From: Rhodosorus marinus CCMP1338
Lineage: Eukaryota; Plantae; Rhodophyta
Assembly: GCA_029953675.1 (NCBI GenBank)
Contig: JAMWBK010000007.1
Coordinates: 434,001 to 498,000 of the forward strand
Length of the DNA: 64,000 bases
Direction: 5' to 3'
Shown here: positions 48,586-60,559 of the stretch, piece by piece
Layout of the letters: each line of letters starts with the position of its first letter
Numbering within the stretch: the stretch's first letter is position 1
The notes under the pieces: generated by a model
The model's input: the letters and a program-made list of their open reading frames with translations, nothing else
Databases searched by the model: none
What the model was told of the DNA's origin: nothing
Translations under genes and position numbers: made by a program

Positions 48586-50361
48586 TGAATGGCAATGTCA
48601 TTGCCTTAAAAAAAGGGGCCAGATATTTGGCCTTTTGTACAGGACGCAGGGCCTGCGAGCATGGCCACTGCTGCAATGACGTCTTCCAGCGATTTCTAAT
48701 AAAACTACCAGGCTAAAGTTCAGGCCGTTGCTACCCCAACATCGCCCGTCAGACCCGCAACGCCATTGCCGTCTCAGCTTCGAGGTCGACACGGTCGAAA
48801 TACAATTGGCAAAAGAAACCATCGCGGCGGGGTTGATCGCCCATGTTCCATTTGCTTCCTCGCCAAAGTAGAATTCTGAGTCCGTTGTAGTATCGTACCG
48901 GGCCAGAGACTTGGCCGCTGATACTTACGACAAAGGCTTCGTGGTAGAGCGGTTGAAACGCCACGGATGGCACATGTCAAAGCACTACATTGACATCTTC
49001 AGGTGTCTTGGACTCTTCAAGATACACCTCGAGGGCAACTATGGAGCCAGTATCGACGTCCTTGATCGCTTGCAGAGACTTCCGCGCAGGATCGATCTCC
49101 TGCAGTTTGGAGTTGAGATTGTTCTTTTTTGGTCAGCAATGAAGCTATGATCTGACACCTGCCTTGTAGAGAATGTTTTAACCGTACGCGAGTTTCTGTC
49201 CCCGCTGCTGCAGCCCAAGATTGTCCGAGTGGGACACCCGAGGTGAACATGACCATGTCCCACGTTACCGTATCCAGTGGAGGAGTACTTCGTCTCAAGT
49301 TCATGAGCCGCGCCAGCGCTCCTCGGAGGTGCACTTCGAGGTCCTTCACTTGTGTTTCATTGAGCTTGCGAGTGGGAGATCTTATGCCTCTGAGGAGGAA
49401 GACGTAATTCCGCATCACCGAGCCCCTAGAGCGCTCGAGTATCGGGATTACGAACTTTTCGACTTTTCCCTTCGGTTGAAACAAGAATAATTCCCAACGT
49501 ATTAAAAACCGGCTCTGGGTTAGATCGGAAATCTATGCTACGGTTTCCGCCTCACCTCTTCGAACCATTTCCTTGCCTCAGTAAGGTGGTCCCGTACGTA
49601 GGAGCATACATCCGGATGTCGACACACCGAGACAGCAATTCCAAACTTCCTGTTCCTTTCAAACAAATCTGAGCGTGCGCTCATTAACTCAGAACTCTAG
49701 CAACACGAACTTGCGATTCCGCTACCATGGATGGAATCCTGATTCGGAAGTTGTTCGCGGCCATTTACCTGCTGGATAGACACCTTCAATGAACAGCACC
49801 ACCTGCACAGCAACGAAGAGAAATTCCAGCACGAGATCTATAGGCTTCCATGATCCTTCCATGTGGTTTATGGATGCTCATCAGCTGCAAGGTTCTGTTT
49901 TCATTTTTCCCTCAAAACGTGATCAGCGGGCGTCCCCGCAAGATAAAAGCTTGTTCACAAAATTTTCCGCTTGCGAAAGAGCAATCCATGAACTTCTTCC
50001 GCCCCACTAGTCTAGCGAAACTGCAAGGTGGTCTGAATGATCTTGGAGGAGTCGAAGCGTATACCAGTGCAGCGGCTTATAGCTCAGCTTCAACCTATGC
50101 GCTTCGGGTGAGTTGTTGATTAATCCAGTTCTGACTTGTTACGTTGTGAAACAGCAACCAGATGCCTGAGCGTGTCAGGAAGGGATGTGCAGGAGATGAC
50201 TACATTCACCATCACCTTTACAAGCTAATGAAATGGGCAATGGGTCCGCATCGATTTCCAAAAGGGAGTACGACATCCAACCCGCTATAAGACATGATGG
50301 ACAAAAACACATGGCCTATCGACACTGTTGATTTAAATTCATGTGCCTATTAGGGATTCTT

Positions 50362-51919
50362 TTAGAACGGATTGGTACCACCACCCGCCGCACCACCGCC
50401 ACCAAGTCCAATATCGAGGTTTCCAAACCCTGCTAATATGTCATCGTCGTTTCCTGCAGGGACACCACCCATGGGTGGGCTGGCTCCAAGACCAACAGGG
50501 GCCGCTTGAGGCTGTGGAGGAGCAAGACCGGCCCCAGCTCCACCGAGCCCACCGCCAAGTCCGGCTCCCGCACCTCCGAGGCCACCGAGTCCCCCAAGTC
50601 CACCATCAAGACCTCCTCCAAGTCCTCCAAATCCACCAAGTCCACCGAGTCCACCAAGACCTACAGCTCCACCTGCCAATCCAGGTCCTCCCATGCCCAT
50701 GCCTGTTCGTAGAAAAACGGAGCCAAAAACAAGACTACGGGGTTAAAGACAAAACAGTTGAAACCTATTGCCGCAAATTTAAAATGTGCTTACCAGCTGC
50801 GGGGTTTGGAGGAGGTGCTGGCAAAGCAAGCGGAGCAGGGGGAAGAGCTGCCATTCCAGCGTTACCCATTGGATTCATTCCCACCCCTGCCATTGGGTTC
50901 ATCATGGGATTCATCCCCATTCCACCGTTCATCATCGGGTTCATTCCAGGATTCATTCCGGCCATTCCCGCGTTCATTGCAGGATTCATCCCAGCCATTC
51001 CCGGGTTCATACCGGCCATTGCTGGGTTCATCATTGCGGGATTCTGCATTCCTGGAGCCATGCCGGGCATACCACCCATTCCAGGATTCATCCCAGCCAT
51101 CCCAGGATTCATTCCCGCCATGGCCGGGTTCATTCCTCCCATAGCGGGATTCATTCCCATTCCCATGCCTAATTTTAAGGAAAAGCGGACCATTAGCAAC
51201 AGCACGCCAGATAAACCCAAGCCTCAGAGCTAGCACCTACCTGCTGCAGCTGGGTTCATGCCTCCCATCATTGGATTCTGCATAGCAGGATTCATAGCCG
51301 GATTCATCCCCATGCCCATGGCAGCCATGTTGGGGTTGATTCCCATTGCGGCTAGTGTAGCTGCGGTGATGTCTGCCGTTGGAATAAGTGAAAAGGTAAA
51401 GTACGCTCAGCTATCAGACATTGCGAACGACAACTTTTGCTCATCGCGAGTAATCTCACCTGCTTGACTAGCCTTTTTCTTAGACTTCGACTTCTTCTTC
51501 TTCTTCTTCTCGGAGGAGCTATCGGAATCTTCATCGGAGTCACCTTCGTCCGAGTCATATTCTGAATCATCATCAGAATCTCTTCTCTTCTTCTTCTTCG
51601 ACTTCTTCTTCCTAGTTCTTCTATCATCATTGTCCCTTCGATCATGATACCTGTCATCGTACCTTCCTCCGTAACGATCACGACCGCCATCGCGTCCATA
51701 CCGATCCGGAGGTCCATACCGATCCCCACCATACCGATCCGGAGCACCGTACCTCCCACCACCTCGGTCACCACCTCGGTCACCACCTCGGTCACCACCA
51801 CCACGGTAATCATCCCGTCGATAGTCACGAGACACACCCACACCACCACGGTCATAGTAATCGTCCCGTGGAGGTGGTTCGCGATACCCTCCACGGGTTT
51901 CATAATCGTACCTACTCAT
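50362..51919 (-). CDS. Low-complexity protein (RD/RG-rich, K/S/D-rich, GMNP repeats, C-terminal NPF), about 4 exons
   Basis: ATG at 51919 (MSRYDYE). In-frame GT-AG joins link ORFs 51407-51919, a short middle exon, 50765-51220 and 50362-50700, ending DDDILAGFGNLDI...TNPF*. Confidence 0.8.
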
Positions 51920-54041
51920 CTTCCTTAGTTCAAATCTACAAACCCATCAACCTCTGCAACCTCCAATTCCTTCTGCCACCAAACTCCCTCAAAGCCCAAG
52001 CTTCCGTCTTCACTTCCCAAACCCCTCTGTCCTCCCTCAATAAGTCCTAAAGCAATCTTTTTCCAGTGAAAGACCAACTTTCACCCTTTGGCCCCAAAAG
52101 AAAGAAGAAGAAGAAAAACACACGACCAAAAGGGGTTGGAAAAACAAAACAAAAAAAGGGCATACCGCTGCTGACCTAGTTTTTAACCCCCCTCTACAGA
52201 AATCAAATTGTAGAAAAGCTACGAAACTACACCTGCTAAGTGAGAATGCAACTGCTAAACAGTAATGACTTTTGGAACCAACCTCTGAAGTTAACAGAAT
52301 CGGAGAATATGAAATCTGCAACTATCAGCACAGGGGGGGGTAGAGATTCATAATTGTCCTATTCGTCTGTAGAATTTCTCCGTGGTAAATCAGTTGATTC
52401 GGACAAGCTGTCTAAAACAAGACCTTAAGAGGGGGAAAAAAACCCAACGTTCATGCCCGCGCCGATATGATGGGGTTCCGATACCTTCCCTTCCGAAAAA
52501 CTGATCAAGTAGATTTTCCTGAATTATGATGTTATCCAGGGTATACATGTTTTTCTAAGGGGTTGCCTGTCAGATACTCAGAGTCACTAAAAACAATGCT
52601 CGGAATGTACGGGGGGGGGGAAATAAATGACACCCATGGTTCCCCAGAAAGGAAATCTGCCTGGGGTGTAGGGGGGATGGAATCGGCCGGGAGGCCTTTC
52701 ACTGAATTCCTGGTTCCGCGTGTTGTTCAGGGAAATTAATAATGATTGAATCAATCTATATTTTGGATTTTCAGACTTTTCAGAATACAATTGTCTCCAT
52801 CGTTCCGCAAGAACCTGTGTTCCATTCATATTTCCTCAGGGGGGTTAGGAACGCTGAATAGGGATGAAAATTATCGATTAACGAAAATTGTCGAGTATAT
52901 TTGCACGGCAAAAAGCCTTCACAATGCCCTAAGCATAGTTAGCAACTAGAAGATGGACAATCGGTTAGGACGATTTTTTCTCTAGAACATGAGATTATTG
53001 GAACATGGTTACTTTAAAAAAGGATGTCCTTTTTGTATTTTTGAATTATATTCTAGGTGAAGGGTACAAATATAGAACAAAATAAAGCATTTGCAGGTGG
53101 ATCGGAAACGGAGTTTCTGGAATGAAATTGGGAAGGTTTAGGGTTTTTACATGAGTTGTGTCTTGGCTTGGGTTGGCTCTGTCGCAACGTCGTCTTTGCT
53201 CTTCACAATGAGCCCATGTGATTCTTTCGTTTCTCGGTTTGCGGAGGGTCTTCGGATGACGTACGTTCCGCTTATCTGGCTCTGAGAGGCTGTCCAGTCG
53301 TGTTCGCAATTGACCTTGATAAGATCATATATCTTAACATGGTGGATGTGTAACGTTCTCTCCAACGTCAAGATGCGATTCTGCTCATTCCAAGTGCTAG
53401 TTTGCCCGTGGGGTTTCGAGTGTTGGACTGGTTCAGTCAGATCCTGCTTTCGAAATCTGTGCCTGTTTCTATAAGAGAATGCAGGTCTCTGACTACAACA
53501 GCCCGCACAACACACAACAGACCCATCAGCTTGAATTCTGAGTTCTCGAAAAGTCGAAGTCAGCAAAAGCTTTGCCCTCCGGCAATGAGCTAGTGTTTAC
53601 TAGTACACTCGCAGCACACTAAGATCCTACTGAAAATTCACACAGCTTCTGGTGACGACTTTGACAATCGATTTCGACCGTATGGAACAATCGATTCCAT
53701 GCAATGGGAAGATGGTCTGTCCTGGGGGGCTAACGAACCTTAAACACCGCAATGTACCTTTGTTCGCCGCTTTACCAAAACGCGTAAGAAACGTCTTTGG
53801 GCTACGTTAGGGACTACACCAAGCATGGCTGGTCTCAAACTAGTCTCGCGGTCAGATGACCGTCGCGAATCATCCGCACAGATTGCTAGCGCTGCTCACA
53901 CCTGCCCGGCTAGATTTGCGTAGCATAGCCAATGCTGTGAAGCTAATTTTCCAGACCAAACGAACACACAGCCAACGCTAAGGACCTAATTTTCCTGGCC
54001 AAGTCAACATAGACATTGTTCTTCCGGGCCGCAGATGAACC

Positions 54042-54323
54042 GTGGCCAATGTTACAACCTAGATTTCCCAGCCGGATGAGCATGACCACTGCTACAACCC
54101 TAGATTTCCCGGGCAGGTGAGCGTGGCCAATGTTACAACCCTAGGTTTCCCGGATACTTGAGCATGGCCAATGTTACAACCCTAGGTTTCCTGGCCAGAT
54201 GAGCAGGCCAATGGTACAACCTACATTTCCTGGCCAGATGAGCATGGTGTGGTTACAACCTTACACTTCCTGGCCAGATGAGCAGGCCAATGTTACAATC
54301 CTAGCATCCCTGGCCAGATGAAA
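54042..54323. repeat. 39-41 bp minisatellite, 7 clear units plus degenerate flanking units (about 53927-54370)
   Basis: Consensus ATGGCCAATGTTACAACCCTAGGTTTCCTGGCCAGATGAGC. Units start at 54042, 54082, 54123, 54164, 54205, 54244, 54284. Confidence 0.92.
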
Positions 54324-54648
54324 AGTTCCAACGTTACCCGCCCAATTTTTCTGGCCAAAAACAAAATGGTCATCAGTGCCTCTTTGGGTGAAAGATCTTA
54401 GTGTCCCATTGACCGGCTTCAGGCGGGTTTGCAGGAACGCGAGAAGCGGGGAGGACCTAAGCAATCATGGACAAGATTCACCTCGTCTAAAAGGGTTTAA
54501 TCTTACAATAGTATGGAACTCCACTAAGGCTCGTTGTCAGGACAATAATCCTTTGAAAACTGCTGGGAACTCGGGTTGCAAGCCGACGGCGTTGGTTTTT
54601 GGTGGGGAGGTGGGGTGCCAGTTTAGCTGTAGCGGCCGGGAATTCGTG

Positions 54649-55268
54649 ATGGAGTCTACATCCATAAATACCAGTGTTATGACGGCCAGAGAGACTCTGA
54701 AGAGATTCAGGGATGCGCTGACCGTCGCGTTGCAGAGAGCGGTAAGATTGACGTGCACCTCGTCTAGAACGGGAAACCCGCGGATGAGGACAAAGCGAGT
54801 TGACGATTGACAACCTGTTCTTGTCTTACGCTGGTTTGAAACAATCAAGAATGCTACTGACAGGGATAAGCCTGCAGAAACGCTGGAAGCTGCTCAGAGT
54901 TTGTCGTCGGAAAACGTTAAGGTTCTGATTATTTACCTCGAGAAACTAAAGGACGACGTTGGGGCTGTTGAGAAACAGGCTGAAGCTCAGCAGAAGGACA
55001 TCGCAGAAAGAAATGCGCAGGAAACTGCTCACCAGAGCTGGAAAGACATGCAAGCCCGAAAGCTTGCCCTCCAAAAGGTAGTGTACAAGTCCGAGCCGAC
55101 TCACAATCCCAACAGCTGGCTACTCTTCCTAACCCGTTTATGCATTGTCATCCTCGCCCACAGGAGGTACGGAGCAAAAACGTTGCACTCAAGCAACGTA
55201 TAGATAATCTGAGAACGCTTCGAAGCGATTTGTGGACGTTGAGCCCGCCAGATGATGCAGAAGACTAG
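54649..55268 (+). CDS. 141-aa coiled-coil protein, Mediator Med30-like; exons 54649-54741, 54850-55077, 55164-55268
   Basis: Two phase-0 GT-AG introns give an uninterrupted frame. C-terminus EVRSKNVALKQRIDNLRTLRSDLWTLSP resembles the Med30 C-terminal helix (recalled pattern KNxxLKxxIDxLRxLxxD). Confidence 0.65.
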
Positions 55269-55651
55269 CTAACCAGCCCGACAAGAAGAATGTGGAATAA
55301 TAGGATCGCGCTGCTTTTGAGAATCAAACGCCGCTTTCATTGCAGCTCTAGGGGCATGAGGAGAGCAAGATACAATCCAACGGCCATCAAAACGACAATG
55401 ATGGAACGCCCAAACTCGAAACTGGAGGACAATGTGGCTGCGCTTCCATAGATGCAGCAGGGAAGCATCTGTTCCATTCGTGCGCACTGTGACTGATTTT
55501 CGGTTTCTACTTTGTTATAGACAGCTTCGCCCCGTGCCTATGAGGTTTTTGCAAGGCATTGTAGGCCCGCGTTTTTAGAAATTCGTACTATATTAAGCCT
55601 TTACTTATCATCGTTTGCGAAGGACCAATGACTTGTTTTCGGGACTTATAC

Positions 55652-55954
55652 TCATTTTGGGTCCAGATCCCTCTCATCAAACATTCCGTCCGGTTTCTCG
55701 TTCCAATAGTACCACCAGCACCTGTAGCCCAGAGTGGCAGCAAAGATGGTCATGAAGGCCGAAGTTGCAATGGCACTCCTGATCGAATAGAAAGAAAGAA
55801 TGTGGATTTCAGAATCGCAGAGGAACAGGATGGAAAGAATCTTTCTCAGAATTTTTCGACAATGCATCCATGAGACATGAACAGAGTCAATGCGAAGAGT
55901 GATCACAGAAGCTCACATTCGTGAATTCCGACTTAATTTCCTTATCTTGCCCAT
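55652..55954 (-). CDS. Candidate 54-aa membrane microprotein; exons 55954-55917 and 55778-55652
   Basis: MGKIRKLSRNSRM|SAIATSAFMTIFAATLGYRCWWYYWNEKPDGMFDERDLDPK* using a GTGAGC...TCAG intron that keeps the frame. Confidence 0.5.
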
Positions 55955-56975
55955 TTGTGGATGATCGAAGGGCTAGTTGGCGGATGACGGCACAAAAAGC
56001 ACAAAACAAAAAAAAAGCGAGAAGACAACGTTCAGAACAGGACTCGGTCAAGACCAAACTTCAGTTTCTTCGAACGTGGAGGATGTGTGCAATCGGTGTC
56101 CCTCATCATTGAACTTACGGGCCTCTCAAACGGCAACGGCTGACTCATGCTTTCGTTTCTGAAGGCCGACCAAACCTTCTCTGCTCACTTCAATTCAAAC
56201 TGTAGATCGTATCTTTCTCCAGCTCAATTAAGAAACAATAGCTCCCATGGATGCCTCCTCAGCCCCAAGTGTTATCCACTACCACTTTCGAGGAGTAGAT
56301 TCCAGTCTTTTCCCGAGGTCATTAGATTCCAAGGAAGATGGTCTGGTCGCCAATGAGCTGTGAGTGTGTTAAGTATCACTTATGGAACGGAGAATTTGAA
56401 GAGAGAGAGTGTCAACATGGAGCAGCTCTTAATGTAGTGTTCCAGACTCGGACGTGCCATTCCATGAGTACCGCAGCTAGGACGCTCTTGGAAGCAGTCT
56501 GGTGGGCACCACACCTAAAGATTGATTTGTGATTGCTAGGACGCTACTAGTAGTAGTAGTATCAGATTCCAGAGGACGATTGAGTCTGACCACAAAAGTG
56601 GGTACATTTAAAACGGACCTGTCGACGAAGGTTCTAACAGATGTGACGGGTTCTCTAGAGCGGAATTCGTAATCACACTTGTGACCTAGCAGGAAAGTAG
56701 AGAGTTCTTGTGGCAAGCAGATCTTATGGCGTTTCCTGCTGAATAGAGTTCAAAAACCCAGCTTACCCAGCTTCACCGCAATTATATGGAGAAAGTGCGA
56801 ATCACAAACAGAGGCCTCAATTTACCAGGCGGTATGGCCTTGACTGAGTGAGTTAGGCAAAGTAGTTCGCCGATCATCTCTTGCTTCGATGGGGTCGGCT
56901 GGATCAATGTGCAGCAAGTTAGACAGCAGCGGTTCGCTTAAATAGACTGTTTTTCGTTGGGTTGAATCTCCCTGA

Positions 56976-59900
56976 TCACACAGTTCCGTACTCATAGCTC
57001 TCCAGTCTCGGGATTAAGCCCTCCAGGCTTTTTCTAAACCCGACAGAGTATTGGACATCGCCCACCATCTGCTTACACCGCGCAATGATCCGGGCTCGTC
57101 GCTCCCTGAAATGCTTCCTGACCAGTTCTTCGAAGTCCCTCGAGTGACCCCCAGGTTGATAGCAGCTCAGAGCGTGACGAAGCGTAAGGAGGACGGTGCT
57201 CTCGTTGTATAATCTAGAGACAATGCCAGTGAGCGATCATGTCCAATCAGAACTTCAAATCTGAAACTGGTTCCACATTCGAGGGCGAGTCTATTCAGCA
57301 TGCTTACCTCGATTTATTGTCACCCTCGGAGGATCCCACCTGAGTCTCAAATCCAGCCTCGTTGTAATAAGGCTTCTCAGTGAAGACCATAGCTTGAATT
57401 GAAAGCAGGACCCTAAGAATGTTCGACGTTTGTGGGTTCCAGCGCTCCACCTCATCTCCTTCCCATGTACCGAGGATGCTGAGACAGACTTTTCCATCCT
57501 CGTACAAGTTCGGGTTCAACCGACGCCCGTGTGAATAAAAATAAACGTGAGGGGGCCTATTTGGGTACGACTCGGACAGCTGGAGGTCGAAGAAAAACAG
57601 ACAGTCTTCGTACGGAGTCCCTTCGGGCCCGACAATGGCTATGCGAAGGAGGTCCAGCCTTGACTCGTACGCTACAACGTGAATTCCATCCACTTTGGAA
57701 TTCGTGAGCTGTTCCCATTCTCTCCGAACGATAGGCCCCAGTCTGTGCAGGTTTTCCCCAAACTGTGACAGAAAATGGTGGCCCTCTGGTTGATCTTCCA
57801 ACACAGTGAGCTTAGGAAACAGCTTTTGACTCGGCTTGGAAACATCTGGATCTGATGCTGTGCAAGCGATGGAGACATGTTCAACTATCCCAGCATAGAT
57901 AACCTTCTGTTCAGATAATCCCGCTCGAACAATTCTTACCTCTTCGCGATATTAAAAGGCCGTCTTCAGAATCCGTCTTACCCTCATTCTCCGACTCAGC
58001 ACCACGTAAATCCGTTTCGACTTCCATAGGCGTTTCCGCACTGTGGATTTCGGGAGTTGCCGTCTGTGCAGGTTCACTCTGTGGGACTGGTACAGAGCCA
58101 ACCGATGCTCTACCGCGCACTGCAGAGCGAACTGCGCTCATTACCCGCAGAATTTTGCTGAACACTCCTACCGAAGACGTGTCAACCTGATCATCAAAAT
58201 GAGAATCGGAATAAGACAAAGAACAATCCCTAGCTCTCAATCTGACTCGCATGTTAGATCTCACCTCAGTTGATGTTCTCCCTTCGTCTGCGTCGCGGGT
58301 ATCCGCATGACTAGAATCCATGTTGTTGCTGTGCTCCTCGGTTTGCTCATCGCCACTTGCACGCCCTGAATCATAGCTATACGACGCAATCATCTCAGTC
58401 GTAAATAGGCGAAACGCCACCCAGCACAAACAGGAAACCTTCAACTTACCCAAGGTCGAAACTATGCCTATCATCCTCTTCCATATGTTCATACTCTACA
58501 CCATCCATTTCATCGTACTCAAACTCATCCTCCTCCATGACGTCATCTCTGTAGAGCACAATAAGCGAATCTGGTTTCTCGCGCGTCCTCGTGTTATCAT
58601 TCCAGACTACTTCGATTGTACCCAGCCCAGTCCAAGCTATCTCTCCAACCCATCCCTTATTCACATCCTCGTTGTCTTTAAATATTCTCACCACGAGGTC
58701 ACCTATGTTCAAATCGTAATCCAAGTTGAGCGTGAGGTCATAAACGCTCACGTCTTCAAAAGTCTTCTTGAGACCTTTTCCATGTGGCTTCTCCCAAACT
58801 ACTGATGCGGTTCGATCCTAGCCATGTTGAACAAGAACGCAGGTGAAGAAAAAGATTGAAAGGGACATACAACAGCTTGTTATTGTTCATCTCACGCGTT
58901 TCCTTCGCTCTGAAAACCGCGGAACCCTTTAGACTACGATTCCGTACCGTCTGGTTTACGCTCTTCACGACACCGCAGATGGTCTCCTTTTGGTCGTTGG
59001 ACTCCTCGTTCGTTCTCCTGACAAAGCGTCCGGGGAAAAAGTCATGAGCTCCGAGTTGAGGAATCGGAAAGACATTGACCGAGGGGACGCATTTCGACTT
59101 AGTTCCATCTTGCCAGAGCAGGTCGACGGTAGTTCGAGTGGACATGATTTCAACAACATCCAACGAACCAGTCTCGCGAATAACAGCCTCAGCAGATTCG
59201 ATTCGACGTTCATTGTGCGGCTTGATCCTTCGGTACGCGCGAAGGAATCTCCCTGATGCGTTGTTAGAAACATCCATAGAACCAGGTGGACTCTGACAGG
59301 ATGCAACATGAGATAGTGAGTATTTCAGCGCTCCTTTCCGAGGCCTTTGGTTCGCTTCGAACGTACTTGACCGGAACTAGAATATTCTCCTTCAAAATAC
59401 CCCCCTTCCAGTTTTACCGATCCCCTTTCTTGTTCTGGAGTGCTCTGGTCCTTTACCGGGGAACGAGCGTTCCTGATGCAGCCCCTGTCACCGGCTTTCC
59501 ACCACCACCTGAACGAAGAGTGGAATGTCAGCTCGCTGGATTAACATATACTCCACTCGTTCAATTCGTTCTCGTTTGTTCTGGTCACCTGTAGGCGCCG
59601 AGCATACTCAGATCCTCTTTCTTGCTGTAATCAGTTGGCATTGTCGTTTCCCTTCCATTCGCTGCCGTTGCAACCCATTTTACGTTGACGTTTGAGATGT
59701 TGACACCCTTGACTACGGCAGTGGAACTACTAGAGTACCCACGAGCCCAGAACATCTCTTTCAATGCGAAACTGGGCAGGTTAACCCTCTGGCCAGGGTA
59801 ATAGGTACCCTGCATTTTAGCAGTGCCTATGGCAAGCGCGACCACGGATGAGAACTCAGCCGACACCCCTATATTCGCCGATTGCTTACCTCTTCGATTG

Positions 59901-60559
59901 CTTGGAATGACATTATCACTATCGACTGTAAGAATGCCGACAGCTCCGTCATCGAACTCAAGAGTTAGTTTCTCGTCAAAATCGCTCACATAGCCTAGCC
60001 AGTTTTCCTTGAAAACAAGCGATCCGAGGAGTAGGCCCCCTATATATGAAAGCTGCTTGAAGTCTATTTCGAAGGGCGGTCCCGTAAGCTCGTCGTTTCT
60101 GAGTCTACGAACTGTTAAGATGACACTGACATCGCAAACGACAGCTTGTTGTTGCGTGGTGCTCGAGACGATGTCGCCATGCACCAGACGGCGATCAACA
60201 AGCTTGAGCCCGGATATAGGAAGAATGGCCTGCGAGTTGGAGGCGGTAAAGTTCAGCCGTCCCCCCTCGGGTCCTCACAGCAAAAGGAGTGAAAAACTTA
60301 CTGTGTCCTCAAATCTTGAGCTCGACACAAAAGAAAGCTTGGCTACAAACCTCTCGACGTAGGCCTGTTCCTGAAATCCAATTCCGGCAGGGCTCCTCTC
60401 CCCCCATTCGTACAGATTCTCATCGTCCGGCCCTGTCTCCCCTCCAGAGTCCAAGTCTCCACGCCGCCATCCAATCTCAACTACAAACGCTAACCTCCCA
60501 GGATCTCCCAACACTTCCACTAGATCCTCAACCTCAAGCCCAACTGTCTCTGGCTCCAT
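56976..60559 (-). CDS. UBE2O: UBE2O/UBC23-24-like large E2 ubiquitin-conjugating enzyme, many exons
   Basis: Long N-terminal region (LNIGDLVVR, VDLLWQDGT, HDFFPGRFV) and a C-terminal UBC domain: LLRIAIVGPEGTPYEDCLFFFD, RLNPNLYEDGKVCLSILGTW, NILRVLLSIQAMV, LYNESTVLLTLR. Confidence 0.9.

Noticed and set aside
50343-51233. 296-aa plus-strand ORF with IPG/IPA repeats
   Set aside because: Antisense shadow of the GMNP low-complexity exons, and it runs across their introns.
54042-54323. CRISPR-like array
   Set aside because: Units are contiguous with no unique spacers, there are no cas genes, and the context is eukaryotic. It is a minisatellite.
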